In this document: positions 41,759 to 53,432 of the stretch, piece by piece
How the letters are laid out: every line of letters begins with the position of its first letter
Position numbering within the stretch: the first letter of the stretch is position 1
Program-made: the position numbers and the translations under genes
The notes under the pieces: generated by a model
Databases searched by the model: none
What the model saw: the letters and a program-made list of their open reading frames with translations, nothing else
What the model was told of the DNA's origin: nothing
Assembly (NCBI GenBank): GCA_965197745.1
Contig: CBDANS010000005.1
Span: 256,001-320,000 of the forward strand
Origin: Opitutales bacterium
GTDB taxonomy: Bacteria > Verrucomicrobiota > Verrucomicrobiia > Opitutales > PNEW01
Length of the DNA stretch: 64,000 bases
Reading direction: 5' to 3'

Positions 41759-42103
41759 ATGGGGCAGAGAATAGTTCGAGTTTGCGAGTTGGTTAAGCGG
41801 GAAATCAGTGATTTACTCCACACCCGTTATCAGACTGAGGCCGTGTATATTACGATTACAGAAGTCGAGGTGTCACCTGATCTCAGACACGCACGCGTTT
41901 TCTACTCTGTTGTAGGACAAGATAATCATGAGAAAGAGGCTAAAAGTTTTCTGCGCAGGCATGCTTCTGATATCCGACATCAAATCGGGAAAAGAATAGT
42001 ATTGAAATATCTGCCTATGCTGGAATTTATCCCCGATGACTCGATTGAACGGGGCATTCGCCTGAACACTCTTATTGACGAGCTTGATCCCGAAGGTGAG
42101 TGA
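41759..42103 (+). CDS. rbfA: Ribosome-binding factor A
   Basis: ITITEVEVSPDLRHARVF, LKYLPMLEF and DDSIERG; follows infB. Confidence 0.95.
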   Translation: MGQRIVRVCELVKREISDLLHTRYQTEAVYITITEVEVSPDLRHARVFYSVVGQDNHEKEAKSFLRRHASDIRHQIGKRIVLKYLPMLEFIPDDSIERGIRLNTLIDELDPEGE

Positions 42104-42166
42104 TAACAACGCCCTTTTTTAGAAGGATCAAAATAAAATTCTCCTGACATTGCATCCATTTTAATC

Positions 42167-42892
42167 ATGAATATTGAACCAACCTCCTTTGAAGGTGTTC
42201 TCCTCATTGATAAACCCCATGGGATGACTTCTCACGATGTCGTGGATCATGTACGGCGAAAACTTAAGATGAAACGTATTGGTCATGCCGGCACGCTGGA
42301 TCCAATAGCGACGGGCCTTCTTATCATTCTTGTGGGAAAAGCGACCAAGCTGTCACAATATTTGATGAGTTTAGATAAATCGTATGAGGGGACTATCTTA
42401 TTAGGGAAGACCACGGATTCACATGACAGTGAAGGTGAGGTGATCGCCACAGCAGCGGTTCCTCAAATGAACCAAGAGGAATTGTCAGCCTATATGAAAT
42501 TATTTCTCGGTGATCAATACCAGACACCTCCGATGTATTCAGCGAAGAAAATTCATGGCAGGCCACTCTACAAACTGGCCCGAAAGGGGATGACGGTAGA
42601 AAGGGAACCTCGGTTTATTCGCGTAAATTCCTTTGAACTTCTGCAGTGGCAATCTCCCGAGTTAGACATTGCCTTAAGTTGTAGTAAAGGCACATACGTG
42701 CGTACCATTGCTAATGATTTAGGGCAAAAAATTGGCTGTGGAGCCCACTTATTGAGACTTAAAAGAGTCGCTACCGATAAATTTAACCTCGATGAGGCAT
42801 TACCGTTAGATGAATTTGAAGCCCTACCTCTCGAGCAAATTCAGCGATTGCTTATTCCTGGTTACCAAGCGGTGCCCAGCCATGTTTTGTGA
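42167..42892 (+). CDS. truB: tRNA pseudouridine(55) synthase (short form, no PUA domain)
   Basis: [30 protein letters not shown] and CSKGTYVR motifs. Confidence 0.95.
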   Translation: MNIEPTSFEGVLLIDKPHGMTSHDVVDHVRRKLKMKRIGHAGTLDPIATGLLIILVGKATKLSQYLMSLDKSYEGTILLGKTTDSHDSEGEVIATAAVPQMNQEELSAYMKLFLGDQYQTPPMYSAKKIHGRPLYKLARKGMTVEREPRFIRVNSFELLQWQSPELDIALSCSKGTYVRTIANDLGQKIGCGAHLLRLKRVATDKFNLDEALPLDEFEALPLEQIQRLLIPGYQAVPSHVL

Positions 42893-43848
42893 AGCTTCCC
42901 GCAATAGTAGAAAATTTAAAGGCAGTAGAATTAAAGGGTAAATCACTGCATTTGGCCATCGGTGTATTCGATGGTCTCCACTTGGGCCATCTGGCCATCA
43001 TAGAGTCGACCATACAGTCCGCCCGACAACGCGGTGCCGTATCTGGAGTTCTCACATTTTACCCCCATCCCAGTCGTATTCTCAATCCCCATCGACCCAC
43101 CCTCCTTCTCATGAGTGAGCAAGATAAGGTAAAAAAAATAAGAGAGCTGGGAATCGATCTGGTTATTCAAAAATTATTTACCTCTGACTTTGCCGCTATT
43201 AAAGCGAATGAATTTATCCCCTATTTAAAAAAATATTTACCTGAGCTCCAGGCCATCTATGTAGGTGAAAATTTTCGCTTTGGGCAGGGGAGGAGTGGTA
43301 AAGCGAGTCTCCTTCTTCACGAAGCTGAAAAACACAACCTTGAAGTGTTCATACAAGCCCCTTTAAAATTAAATGGCTTAGCAATAAGTAGTACGCACAT
43401 TCGCAAAAATCTAATTGATGGTCAGATCGCAGCAGCTAATAAAATGTTGGGTTATACCTATTTCAGTTATGGGCAAATTGAGTCGGGACTGAAGATCGGG
43501 CGTAAAATGGGTTTTCCTACGATTAATGTATCCTGGACTCCGGAATTACAGCCACGTTACGGTGTCTATGCCGTGAAAGTCCACTCTGACAATGCCGTCG
43601 CCGGTTTCAATGGGGTAGCTAATTATGGGGTGCGACCTACTTTTTCACTTGATAACGATCCAAAATTGGAGGTGCACATGTTTGAAAGTTCAGATCTAAA
43701 ATCCGGAGATAAGGTTACCGTCGAGTGGTATTCATTTATTCGGCCGGAGGTGAAGTTTAATACCGAAGGTGATCTTAAGAAACAAATTGTCATCGACAAG
43801 GCTGAAGCAAAGAATTTTTTTTCCATTCTTGACTCCGGTCGTGGGTAA
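42889..43848 (+). CDS. ribF: Bifunctional riboflavin kinase/FAD synthetase
   Basis: [28 protein letters not shown] and LEVH motifs. Confidence 0.95.
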   Translation: MKLPAIVENLKAVELKGKSLHLAIGVFDGLHLGHLAIIESTIQSARQRGAVSGVLTFYPHPSRILNPHRPTLLLMSEQDKVKKIRELGIDLVIQKLFTSDFAAIKANEFIPYLKKYLPELQAIYVGENFRFGQGRSGKASLLLHEAEKHNLEVFIQAPLKLNGLAISSTHIRKNLIDGQIAAANKMLGYTYFSYGQIESGLKIGRKMGFPTINVSWTPELQPRYGVYAVKVHSDNAVAGFNGVANYGVRPTFSLDNDPKLEVHMFESSDLKSGDKVTVEWYSFIRPEVKFNTEGDLKKQIVIDKAEAKNFFSILDSGRG

Positions 43849-43907
43849 AGCTATTCGCAAGATTTCAAAAATGTAAGTTTTCACCACTAAATAATATACA
43901 TTGAGTT

Positions 43908-44648
43908 ATGAGTCATTTACGTATCCTTATCTGGAATGAATTTGTTCATGAGAAGAAACATGAAGCGGTGAAATCGATCTATCCCCAGGGTATACATGAA
44001 ACAATAAAGGCCGGATTAGAATCGTGTGACAGTGAGCTGAAAATATCAACCGCCACCCTGGAGGAATCTGAGCACGGTCTGACTGATTCGCGATTAGCCA
44101 AAACGGATGTGCTTTTATGGTGGGGACACATGGCTCATGATAAAGTTGAGGATATGATTGCAAAACGCGTGCAGAGTCGCGTGCTTCAAGGTATGGGGTT
44201 CATTGCTCTGCATTCCGCCCACTTTTCAAAGGTTTTCAAGAATCTCATGGGGACCACCTGCGACTTAAAGTATCGAGAAGCAGCTGAAAAAGAGAGGCTT
44301 TGGGTATGCAATCCGGGGCATCCCATAACTGCAGGAATAGATGACTGCCTGGAGATTGAAAATACGGAAATGTATGGTGAACCGTTTGATATACCACCCC
44401 CCGACGAGCAGGTTTTTATTTCATGGTTTGAAGGAGGAGAGGTCTTTCGCAGTGGCAATTGCTGGCGTCGAGGCAATGGTAAAATTTTCTATTTTCGACC
44501 CGGTCATGAAACCTACCCTATCTTTTATAATAAGATGGTAATTCAGGTAATATACAATGCGATAAAATGGGCCGCTCCACAGGGGTACTGGCAAAGTTCA
44601 TTGGCGCATGTTCCTATCGATAAAGCGCGTGAAAAAATCACCCGCTGA
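43908..44648 (+). CDS. thuA: ThuA (trehalose utilisation) family protein
   Basis: IWNEFVHE, DVLLWWGH, LHSAH, EMYGE and YFRPGHETYP motifs. Confidence 0.88.
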   Translation: MSHLRILIWNEFVHEKKHEAVKSIYPQGIHETIKAGLESCDSELKISTATLEESEHGLTDSRLAKTDVLLWWGHMAHDKVEDMIAKRVQSRVLQGMGFIALHSAHFSKVFKNLMGTTCDLKYREAAEKERLWVCNPGHPITAGIDDCLEIENTEMYGEPFDIPPPDEQVFISWFEGGEVFRSGNCWRRGNGKIFYFRPGHETYPIFYNKMVIQVIYNAIKWAAPQGYWQSSLAHVPIDKAREKITR

Positions 44649-44698
44649 TTTTATCTGCCTTCGATAGTGGATACAGGGGGTTACCCTTTGTCAGGGAA

Positions 44699-45685
44699 TT
44701 AATAATACTTTACAAAAGCGTCTCGTCGCAAACGCTCGATCCATATCTTTTGGGCATGTCGGGCAATCTGATTGGCAAGAATGTTTTCAATACGATCTCT
44801 AACCTGGGTGAGCGGCTGAATGGTTTCGTCTTTTTTGTCTTCTACGTAGAGAATGAATATCTGACCTCCAAGTGAAATAGGGGTACTGTGTTCGCCGGGT
44901 TTTAAATCGAAAGCGACCTCGCTTAATTCGTCTCTCAAATCAGCGCGCTTTATCCAACCCCAGTCTCCACCACGATCTCGACGTGAATCCTGACTATACC
45001 TTGAAGCGAGTTCGTTAAAGCTGTCATCATTTTCCAATTCGACGATAATATTTTCGGCTGTTTGACGGAGGAGGTCGGGACTTTCGTCGGCAAATGGTTT
45101 GAGCATGATTAATCGAAGATGCACACTCTCTTCTATATAAAAGAGAATTTTGTTGTCATAGTAAAACCCCTCGATTTTTTCAGGGCTTACTTCAGACTGT
45201 GACTTGCGCATTTCCCCTCGCATTGAACTCACAATAATGCGCTCTTCTAAATCTCTGCGAAATTCTCGAATCGTCTTCCCTTGTGATTCTAAATGTTTGA
45301 GAAATGAATGTCGGTCTTTGTTAAAATCCTCAATTATTATTCTATCGAGTTCATTCTCGATTACCGACCTGGGCACTTGTAGTTCCTTTTTCTGAAAAGC
45401 TGCGACCATGAGCACTTGATCGACCAGATTTTGAAGGATTTCCAGGTAGAGCTGAGACATCTGCTGATGAAACATCTCTTCAGAATTTGATTCTCCACGA
45501 ATCTGAGGAATGAGGGGTGCCATCTCTCGCCTTAATTGTTCATAGGTGATGATCTTCTCTTCCACGACAGCAGCGATTCCATTCTGGTAGGGAGGGATCC
45601 AAATTGGATGTATTTTTTGCGCAACCAATGGTGATCCAAAACTGATCAGAAGGAGAATAAACAGGTAAAAGGCATTGACCTTCAT
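44699..45685 (-). CDS. SurA-like periplasmic parvulin PPIase
   Basis: Signal peptide, IAAVVEEKII SurA N-domain and rotamase motif FNELASRYSQD...GGDWGW. Confidence 0.85.
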   Translation of the reverse strand: MKVNAFYLFILLLISFGSPLVAQKIHPIWIPPYQNGIAAVVEEKIITYEQLRREMAPLIPQIRGESNSEEMFHQQMSQLYLEILQNLVDQVLMVAAFQKKELQVPRSVIENELDRIIIEDFNKDRHSFLKHLESQGKTIREFRRDLEERIIVSSMRGEMRKSQSEVSPEKIEGFYYDNKILFYIEESVHLRLIMLKPFADESPDLLRQTAENIIVELENDDSFNELASRYSQDSRRDRGGDWGWIKRADLRDELSEVAFDLKPGEHSTPISLGGQIFILYVEDKKDETIQPLTQVRDRIENILANQIARHAQKIWIERLRRDAFVKYY

Positions 45686-45693
45686 TTTATATC

Positions 45694-48600
45694 TCAAGGG
45701 TAGCGATTAATCAGGAATGATCTAATTTCTTTCAACCTTGATAGCGGGTTGCGTGACGTCAATCTTGGAAACTGATTTCCATTTTTGATAAAATTATCAT
45801 GCTTACCAGAAGCGAGTAAACATTTTAAACGATTACCTTCAGATTCGACTGTAAGAATACCGGTGTGTTCCGCCAAAATGCGAATAACCGTGGTTAAAAG
45901 CAAGGCTTCTACATATTCAGGGATGGGGCCGAATCGGTCTTTAAGCGTATCGCTGATCTCATTTACAGCATGTTCGGAATCGGCCAGTGCCAGGCGACGA
46001 TAAAAATCAATTCGGAGGCGTGTTTCAGAAATATAATCTCTCGGTATATAGGCCGTGATGTATGGGATTCTGAATTTCTTAAGTTCCTCATCTTTAAGCA
46101 CATCAAATGCTTCTTTTGGGGATTCAACGGTGTTCTGACCCCCCTCTCCAATGACCACAAAATCGAGCCGAACATTAGCGCGAATATTGAGGGCTGCGGT
46201 ATCTCCCTTTAGGCGCGAAATACTCTGGCGTAAAAGTTGGCAATAGAGCTCAAAACCAACGCCGGCAATATGACCACTTTGTTGTGAGCCAAGTAAATTA
46301 CCCGATCCTCTAAGCTCAAGATCTCTCATCGCAATTTTAAATCCGGCCCCTAATTGTTTGTATTGTCGTATTACCGATAAGCGTTTGCGCGCATGGTCAA
46401 GCAACTGAGTATGCCGATGTAGCAGGAGGTAAGCATAAGCCTGTTGCTTAAAACGACCCACACGACCGCGCAACTGGTAAAGTTGAGAGAGACCGAAACG
46501 GTCCGCGCCTTCGATGATGAGCGTATTACAGTTGGGTATATCCAGGCCGGATTCGATGATAGTGGTACATACAAGAACATCGTATTCTCCAGCTACGAAT
46601 TGGGTCATTATCTCTTCCAGATCATTCTCTGGCATCTGTCCGTGACCAACCGCTATTCGGATATCGGGCAATAATTCCTGTAGCCGTTTCGCCACTGAGT
46701 AAATGGATTGCACGCGGTTGTGCAGATAAAATACCTGGCCGCCTCGCGTCATTTCATAATTAATCGCCTCTTTAACCAGCTCGATACTATAGCTTTTTAC
46801 TATTGTCTCAATGGGCAGTCGATCTAGGGGAGGAGTATCAATGACACTTAAGTCACGCGCCCCCATGAGGGCGAGGTAGAGGGTACGAGGTATGGGAGTG
46901 GCACTCATCGTTAGCACATCTACACTTTGACGAAAGTGTTTGAGTTTTTCTTTATGTTTAACTCCAAAACGATGTTCTTCATCAATAATGAGCAAACCCA
47001 GATCGTTGAAATACACATCTCCACTCAGGAGACGGTGGGTGCCGATTAGAATGTCAATTTTTCCCTCGATAACTTGCCTGAGAATTATTTTCTGCTGCTG
47101 TGGGGTGCGGAATCTGCTCAGCATTTCAACGACAACAGGATAGTCGGCCATTCGCTCACGGAATGTATTGAAGTGTTGTTGGGCCAAAATCGTAGTGGGC
47201 ACGAGGAGAGCGACTTGTTTGCCATCCATTACAGCCTTAAAGGAAGCGCGCAGGGCGACTTCCGTCTTACCGTAACCTACATCGCCACAGATTAGTCGGT
47301 CTGCCGGTTGCCCTATTTCCATATCTTTTTTTACGGTTTTAATGGCAGAGAGCTGATCCGGCGTTTCCTCGTGAATAAATGAGTCTTCAAATGCTTGTTG
47401 CCATTCTGTATCGGGAGCAAAAGCATGACCTTTATCGAGGCTGCGTTGCGCCTGAAGACTGAGAAGTTCTGCGGCGAAATCGAGGGTTGCTCTTTCAGCG
47501 GCATGACGGGCTTTTTCCCATCGATTGGTTCCTAATCGTCCGAGGGTGGGTTGAATTTTGGAAAGACCTACATAGCGAGTGAGCAGGTGAGATTCATGAA
47601 GGGGCAGGTGAAGAATTATTCCATCGTCAAATTCAAGGGAAATGACTTCCTCCTTCTTATTACCGAGATCCATATGGGTGACGCCTCGATAGATACATAT
47701 GCCATGCTGTAAATGAACGAGGTTATCACCTTCAGCCAGTTCAGAAAAATCAAGAAGTTGGTCTACTTGCGCCTTTACCGGCAGCTGACGTTTTCGATTT
47801 CCTGCAATACGCCGGCGATAGCGACCGAATATTTCACTATCGGTTACAACGACAATACCCCGACGGCTTTTGATATTCTCCCATTTAGTTGCTTTATGGT
47901 CAGAAGAGAAATTAAAAATGAAGCCTTGATGAAGGGCGCCTCTTAGATAATGCGGTTTGAGTTCAGACAGTTGATCACTTTGTGATAATATTTCCTGTAA
48001 CCTTTTTTCTTCTCCCTCGGTTTTAGCAATAACGTAGATGGTATAATCTTCCATTTGCCATTCGAGTACCTGTTTCAGGAAATCTTGACGTGCCACCTCT
48101 TCACTCTCGACGCGGTCAAGTCCCAATTGACCTTCCAGAGAGAAAGTTCTGTGATTGCTTAAAGGTTGAGATGAATTAATCATGCGGATGCAATCCGAGC
48201 CGAAAATTGGATCCTCGGTATCGAGATCGGTGAGGGCGAACCAGCGGTCGAGAAAAGGATCGCGGCGTTCAAATAGATCCTGAAATGTAGGGAGGGAAGA
48301 AGGCATGCGTTCAGGATAACTGAAGAGCGAGGGAAATTCCCGATGGAGATTCGAAGGTTCCCAAAAAATCCAATTCACTTGATCGCCCAGGTAATCGAAT
48401 ATATGCCGTTCGCGGTACGGAGTATTATTCAAGGACAGGGCAGCGATAGTTATTTCTTCAATTTTTTTTGCTGATCGTTGTGTCGTGGGATTATAGATTC
48501 GGATTTCATCGATTTCATCACCAAAAAAATCAATACGATAAGGTTCTGTTGCGTTGATGGGATAGACATCAATAATTCCACCACGGATAGCATATTGACC

Positions 48601-49107
48601 GGGTGATTCGCAGAGAACTTCACAATCGTACTGCAGTTCCCGACCCAGTTTATCGGCTAACTCCTGAAAATGACAAAATTTACCGACGGAGAGATGAATC
48701 TCACTTAAGGCAAGGGTTTCACGCGTAGGTGATGGTTGAAAAAAGCCGCGTGGTGTAGTGATGACGACAAGACGTATATCGTTCAATGGAGCGTCATAAA
48801 ATTCATTAAGGCTTGTCAAAGTAGCAAACCGATCAAATTCCAACTCTGTTAATTTCAATTCATCAACATTTTCCGGAAGAGCCGGAAGAACTTTAATACT
48901 TAGAGTAATCTCATCGCCTATAAGTTGATTGAATAATTCTATATCTTCAGACCATTGTTCTGCAGTTTTTAAATCATGAACAAAAATAATATAAACCGGA
49001 GCGGGATGCTTTCTTATGATATTTCCACAAAGAAACGGAGCGGCAGCTTCGGTGATGCCGTTTAAGTGTAGTGCCGTGTGTGGTTGGATGAGAGTGGCGG
49101 ATTTCAT
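45694..49107 (-). CDS. mfd: Transcription-repair coupling factor
   Basis: UvrB-like region (RGGIIDVYP), CarD/RID (VHLQHGI), GDVGYGKTE, DEEHRFG, QLRGRVGR and a TRCF C-domain. Confidence 0.96.
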   Translation of the reverse strand: MKSATLIQPHTALHLNGITEAAAPFLCGNIIRKHPAPVYIIFVHDLKTAEQWSEDIELFNQLIGDEITLSIKVLPALPENVDELKLTELEFDRFATLTSLNEFYDAPLNDIRLVVITTPRGFFQPSPTRETLALSEIHLSVGKFCHFQELADKLGRELQYDCEVLCESPGQYAIRGGIIDVYPINATEPYRIDFFGDEIDEIRIYNPTTQRSAKKIEEITIAALSLNNTPYRERHIFDYLGDQVNWIFWEPSNLHREFPSLFSYPERMPSSLPTFQDLFERRDPFLDRWFALTDLDTEDPIFGSDCIRMINSSQPLSNHRTFSLEGQLGLDRVESEEVARQDFLKQVLEWQMEDYTIYVIAKTEGEEKRLQEILSQSDQLSELKPHYLRGALHQGFIFNFSSDHKATKWENIKSRRGIVVVTDSEIFGRYRRRIAGNRKRQLPVKAQVDQLLDFSELAEGDNLVHLQHGICIYRGVTHMDLGNKKEEVISLEFDDGIILHLPLHESHLLTRYVGLSKIQPTLGRLGTNRWEKARHAAERATLDFAAELLSLQAQRSLDKGHAFAPDTEWQQAFEDSFIHEETPDQLSAIKTVKKDMEIGQPADRLICGDVGYGKTEVALRASFKAVMDGKQVALLVPTTILAQQHFNTFRERMADYPVVVEMLSRFRTPQQQKIILRQVIEGKIDILIGTHRLLSGDVYFNDLGLLIIDEEHRFGVKHKEKLKHFRQSVDVLTMSATPIPRTLYLALMGARDLSVIDTPPLDRLPIETIVKSYSIELVKEAINYEMTRGGQVFYLHNRVQSIYSVAKRLQELLPDIRIAVGHGQMPENDLEEIMTQFVAGEYDVLVCTTIIESGLDIPNCNTLIIEGADRFGLSQLYQLRGRVGRFKQQAYAYLLLHRHTQLLDHARKRLSVIRQYKQLGAGFKIAMRDLELRGSGNLLGSQQSGHIAGVGFELYCQLLRQSISRLKGDTAALNIRANVRLDFVVIGEGGQNTVESPKEAFDVLKDEELKKFRIPYITAYIPRDYISETRLRIDFYRRLALADSEHAVNEISDTLKDRFGPIPEYVEALLLTTVIRILAEHTGILTVESEGNRLKCLLASGKHDNFIKNGNQFPRLTSRNPLSRLKEIRSFLINRYP

Positions 49108-49814
49108 TTCGGATCTGATTCGCCCTTCTTTGACCATTGGATGAGGGCGTTTCGCGCGGCGTTTTCCTCCGCTTCTTTTTTAGAGAATCCCGTTCCCTCA
49201 CCCATTTTTTCTTTATTAACCGTTACTTCAATTTTAAATAACTTCTCGTGATCGGGCCCTGATTCTTCAGTTGTAATATATTCAATAGCATCATTACCAA
49301 ATTCAGGTTGCACAAGTTCCTGCAGTTGACCTTTGGGGTTATATTCAAGGAATATACTTTCTCCTTTTTCTCTCAGATTGCCAAACCAATCAAGAACCGT
49401 TTTCGAGGTTGTCTCCCAATCACTATCCAGGTAAATGGCCCCTACTATGGCTTCAATTACATCTTCCAATATTGAATTGCGGGAGCGATTAATATTTTTT
49501 TTCTCGCTCTCGCTTAACCGAATGAATGGTTCAATTCCCAATCGGGATGCAAGGTCTGCGAGATAAGTTCCGTTTACGAGAATCGCCCGATTTTGGGTGA
49601 GGACTCCCTCTCTCGAATCAGGTAAGGCCTTATACAGCGCATCGGCAAGAATGGCTGAGAGCAGAGCATCACCGAGAAATTCGAGTCTCTGATTGTGCTC
49701 TCCTTCTTCAGGATATTGCTTATGGTATGAAGGATGGGTAAGACTCTGTTGAAGGAGTTCTGGGCGTTTAAATTGATAACCGAGAATCCCTTGAATAGGA
49801 GTAATGTTACTCAT
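49104..49814 (-). CDS. rnc: Ribonuclease III
   Basis: NQRLEFLGDA, EAIVGAIYLD and dsRBD (PKGQLQE, GPDH, SKKEAE). Confidence 0.96.
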   Translation of the reverse strand: MSNITPIQGILGYQFKRPELLQQSLTHPSYHKQYPEEGEHNQRLEFLGDALLSAILADALYKALPDSREGVLTQNRAILVNGTYLADLASRLGIEPFIRLSESEKKNINRSRNSILEDVIEAIVGAIYLDSDWETTSKTVLDWFGNLREKGESIFLEYNPKGQLQELVQPEFGNDAIEYITTEESGPDHEKLFKIEVTVNKEKMGEGTGFSKKEAEENAARNALIQWSKKGESDPK

Positions 49815-49926
49815 ACTATTTTCCTCAAAAATTTATAAGAAATAAGCGCTAATATCAATGAAGTTTGAGAAATATGAATTATGTAAATATGGAATTACTT
49901 CCGTTATCGACACGAAATTATGGGTT

Positions 49927-50706
49927 TTAACCTAAGTTAAACCTACCGATCACTTCACTTGCCAGATCCCTGTAAGCGAGACTTCCGGCACTGTGTGGAT
50001 CGTAGTGCAGGATCGATTGTCCGAAACTTGGCGCTTCGCTCAAACGAACAGAACGCGGTATGACCGTATTAAAAACTTCATTCACGAAATGACTACCTAC
50101 TTCGATAACAACCTGTCGGCTGAGATTTGTGCGACCGTCGTACATAGTCATGATAATACCGCCGATTTTCAGCGTGGTATTGACCTTAGCCTCTTTTAAT
50201 CTTTCTACGACTTGAAGGATCTGGCCTAAACCTTCCATGGCGAGATATTCGCATTGCAGGGTAATAAGCAGGTAGTCTCCCGCGGCCAGACCGTTCATGG
50301 AGAGCAGTCCAAGAGCCGGGGGACAATCTATGATGATTACTTTGTATTTATCTGAATTTTTCAATGGTTCGATACACCGCTTCAATTGTATCAAGTAGTC
50401 ATCCTCCTGGCTGAGTTCTATTTCAAGAGCGGCAAGATCAACTTCTGATGGTATAAGATATAAATTATTAATGCTGGTATCAACTATCCGATCAGCGGCT
50501 TCGTCTTCACCTGCAAGTGGCCCATACATGCTTTTCCCCGCAGTTTTTTCGATGCCAATTCCGCTCGTGGCATTACCCTGGGGATCAATATCTATGAGTA
50601 GTGTAGGAATATTTTTTTCCGCGAGAGCCGCTCCGAGATTGATCGCAGTTGTCGTTTTACCAACACCACCCTTTTGATTAGCAATCGTAAATACTTGTGC
50701 CGCCAT
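49927..50706 (-). CDS. parA: ParA/Soj family ATPase
   Basis: IANQKGGVGKTT, DIDPQGNAT, IIDCPPALG, QCEYLAMEG and LSEAPSFG motifs. Confidence 0.92.
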   Translation of the reverse strand: MAAQVFTIANQKGGVGKTTTAINLGAALAEKNIPTLLIDIDPQGNATSGIGIEKTAGKSMYGPLAGEDEAADRIVDTSINNLYLIPSEVDLAALEIELSQEDDYLIQLKRCIEPLKNSDKYKVIIIDCPPALGLLSMNGLAAGDYLLITLQCEYLAMEGLGQILQVVERLKEAKVNTTLKIGGIIMTMYDGRTNLSRQVVIEVGSHFVNEVFNTVIPRSVRLSEAPSFGQSILHYDPHSAGSLAYRDLASEVIGRFNLG

Positions 50707-50866
50707 ATCTGGACAAGTATGCAAAAGGCGGCATCAACAAGTCTAGCCCGATTTTTGAAAAAATTGATTCAGGTTATTCAAAGAATGCAATTTTATAGAG
50801 ATTTAAAAAATCTCTTGAAAGATCCTAACCTTTATTTATTTTCTATGATGCTTGTTTTATCCTAGA

Positions 50867-50941
50867 GGCGCGGTAGCCAAGTGGTAAGGCCGGAGTCTGC
50901 AAAACTCCTATACGCCGGTTCGATTCCGGCCCGCGCCTCCA
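50867..50941 (+). tRNA. tRNA-Cys (GCA)
   Basis: Acceptor stem GGCGCGG/CCGCGCC, D-arm AGCCAAGTGGTAAGGC, anticodon arm GGAGT-CTGCAAA-ACTCC, T-loop GGTTCGATTCC and encoded CCA. Confidence 0.97.
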
Positions 50942-51224
50942 TCTCTTTTAATAAATCTGATGATAATTAAGACTAGGGCTATAGGTATTAAATCTATCGT
51001 GAATATAGAAATGTATTTATGATTTTTCATTCACAATTATTTTCATGCCCGAAGTTTTATTAAATGTTATACTTTTTTCCGGGGATTGCGTTTAACCTCT
51101 GTGAAGTCATAATTCTGTTAAGCGTTATTGTATAGCGCTATTATATCTTCATTGATTTTTTTTAAAATTATTATACTATGTAATTTAATTTCAGGCGCTG
51201 ACGGTTAATACATCAAAGAATTCG

Positions 51225-53432
51225 ATGCTGCAACCAGCTTTTGGTTATCGTCCATTTCCCGTAATTTTTGTAATTATGGTGACTCTCCATTTTGGCGTTG
51301 TGGGAGGAGAGCAGCCCGATGAAGAGATTGTTGAGATAGATGAATTCATTGTCTACGCTCAGAAAAAACCGGAAAAGATTCAAGAGGTGCCAATTTCTTT
51401 AAGCGCTTATGCCACTGATGATATCGAAGATTGGGCGATACGTACGAGTAGAGATGTAATTTCCCAAACACCAAATCTACAGTATAATAAAACCGGTTTT
51501 ACCTCGTCCCACCCGCTCATCTTTTCACGGGGTGTCGGGATAAATGATTTTAATGTGAACTCTAGCGGCGCGGTTGGTGTTTATTCCGATGATATATATT
51601 TAAATTCACCATCGGGGCAGGTTATACAACTCTTCGACATTGAACGTATTGAAGTTTTGCGCGGTCCGCAGGGAACATTGTATGGGAGAAATACCACCGG
51701 TGGCGCCATTAATTTCATTTCCAAAAAACCAACGGGAGAAAAGGAAGGCTATGCCCAGGTCACTTATGGCAGCTATGACCAAATAGGTATTGAAGCCGCC
51801 TTTGAAGTGCCTGTGGTCAAGGATAAATCAGCATTACGCGTGTCTTTTGTCTCTAATAATCGCGATGGTTATACCTAAAATCTTTTAAATGGTAATGATG
51901 AAAATGAAATTGAAGTTTGGGCCGCAAGAGCTCTGTTGAGTATTTCGCCGAGCGATAGTTTAGATATTCTTGTTAATGTTCATGGGTGGCGCAATAGTGC
52001 CGGTTCCGGTCAATATCAGAGTGGGGGATTGATTGATGGGGCTGATGCTTTAGGTTATATCGAAAGTGCGGATCCTCTTACCGGTTCATACAGCCGTGAT
52101 GATCAGGAGAATATCGATTCCTTTGGCGCATCTGTAACTGCAAATTGGGAATCTCAGAATTTTGTATTGTCTTCGATAACAGGATATGAACAAACGGAAA
52201 AATTAATATTACAGGAAACAGATGCGAGTCCTAACCAGTTAATTGAAATCGATTGGTTCAGTGATGTCTCGCAGTTTTCCCAGGAAATTCGATTGACTCC
52301 CAATAGTGCTGATCGTCTCGAATGGATCACTGGCCTCTACTTTTTTGACGAAGATTTGTTTTCCAAAAATCAGTTCGATATATTAAGATCGTTGCGTGCT
52401 CTCGGTGTTCCTTTTAACCTCGAAAGTCCAACGGACGGGCCCTTCCTCGTAGAGCAGGATTACGATCAAGGGACTACCAGTTTTGCCGCTTTTGGTCAAT
52501 TTACCTACAATTTAAACCGTAAATTATCATTAACAGTTGGAGGGCGCTACACCTATGAGGAGCGAACTTTCAACCTTAATTCGGCTTTTGTTGAACCGGA
52601 ATTTCGCATCCCTTTAATTGATGCTTTCAGGAGTAAAATTGATGATAATGTATTTTCTGGAAAAATTGGTATCACTTATAAACCGAGTGACAGCTATATG
52701 TTTTATGCGAGTTTCAGCCGCGGATTTAAAAGCGGTGGTTTTAATGGGGGGGCCCTTTTTTTTCCTGGAGAAGCTACGGCCGTAGAACCTGAGTTTTTAA
52801 ATTCGTTTGAAGTAGGATTTAAGTCTTCCTTCTACGAAAACCGGCTGCATTTTAATACCACGGCTTTTTATTATGATTACGATAACTTACAGGTATTTAA
52901 TCTGAGGAATTTTGGTGATGTCCCCAGACAGGTATTGCAGAATGCTTCAGATGCCCGAATCTACGGGCTCGATGCCGAATTAGAGGCACAACCCGTGGAG
53001 AGATTATGGACCCGGTTGGGATTAGGGCTTCTTAATACAGAATATAAAGATTTTATTGTCGGTGATGGCACCGACTATTCTGGTAATGAACTCGTTTCAG
53101 CACCGGATGTGACATTTAACGGAGCTGTAGGCTACTCCTTCCCTCTCGGTAGTCTTGGTTCCATTACGACACGCATGGATTTTAATTTTAATGACAATAT
53201 GTTTTTTGATTCGTCGAATACGAGTCGTATTGGAGCAGATAGTTATTGGTTGTTGAATGCCAGAGTAGCATTCGAAACAAAGAATGGACGATACGCGTTG
53301 GCTTTCGTTGGTAAAAATCTAACCGACACCGTATATTTAACTGAAGTCTTTGATTTATCCGACTTTGGATTTGATCAAAAAGTCATGGGGGCCCCTAGAA
53401 CATTCGCTGTTGAGCTGACCATGCGGTTTTAA
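51225..53432 (+). pseudogene. TonB-dependent receptor, interrupted by in-frame TAA at 51876-51878
   Basis: TonB-box-like EFIVYAQK, plug motif IERIEVLRGPQGTLYGRNTTGGAI, barrel motif SRGFKSGGFN and C-terminal Phe. The two ORF-track pieces are in one frame joined by RDGYT*NLLNGNDENEIEVWAARALL. Confidence 0.85.

Noticed and set aside
50942..51224. Integrase, att site or IS element next to tRNA-Cys
   Set aside because: No recombinase ORF, terminal repeats or tRNA-end duplication are visible in the window.
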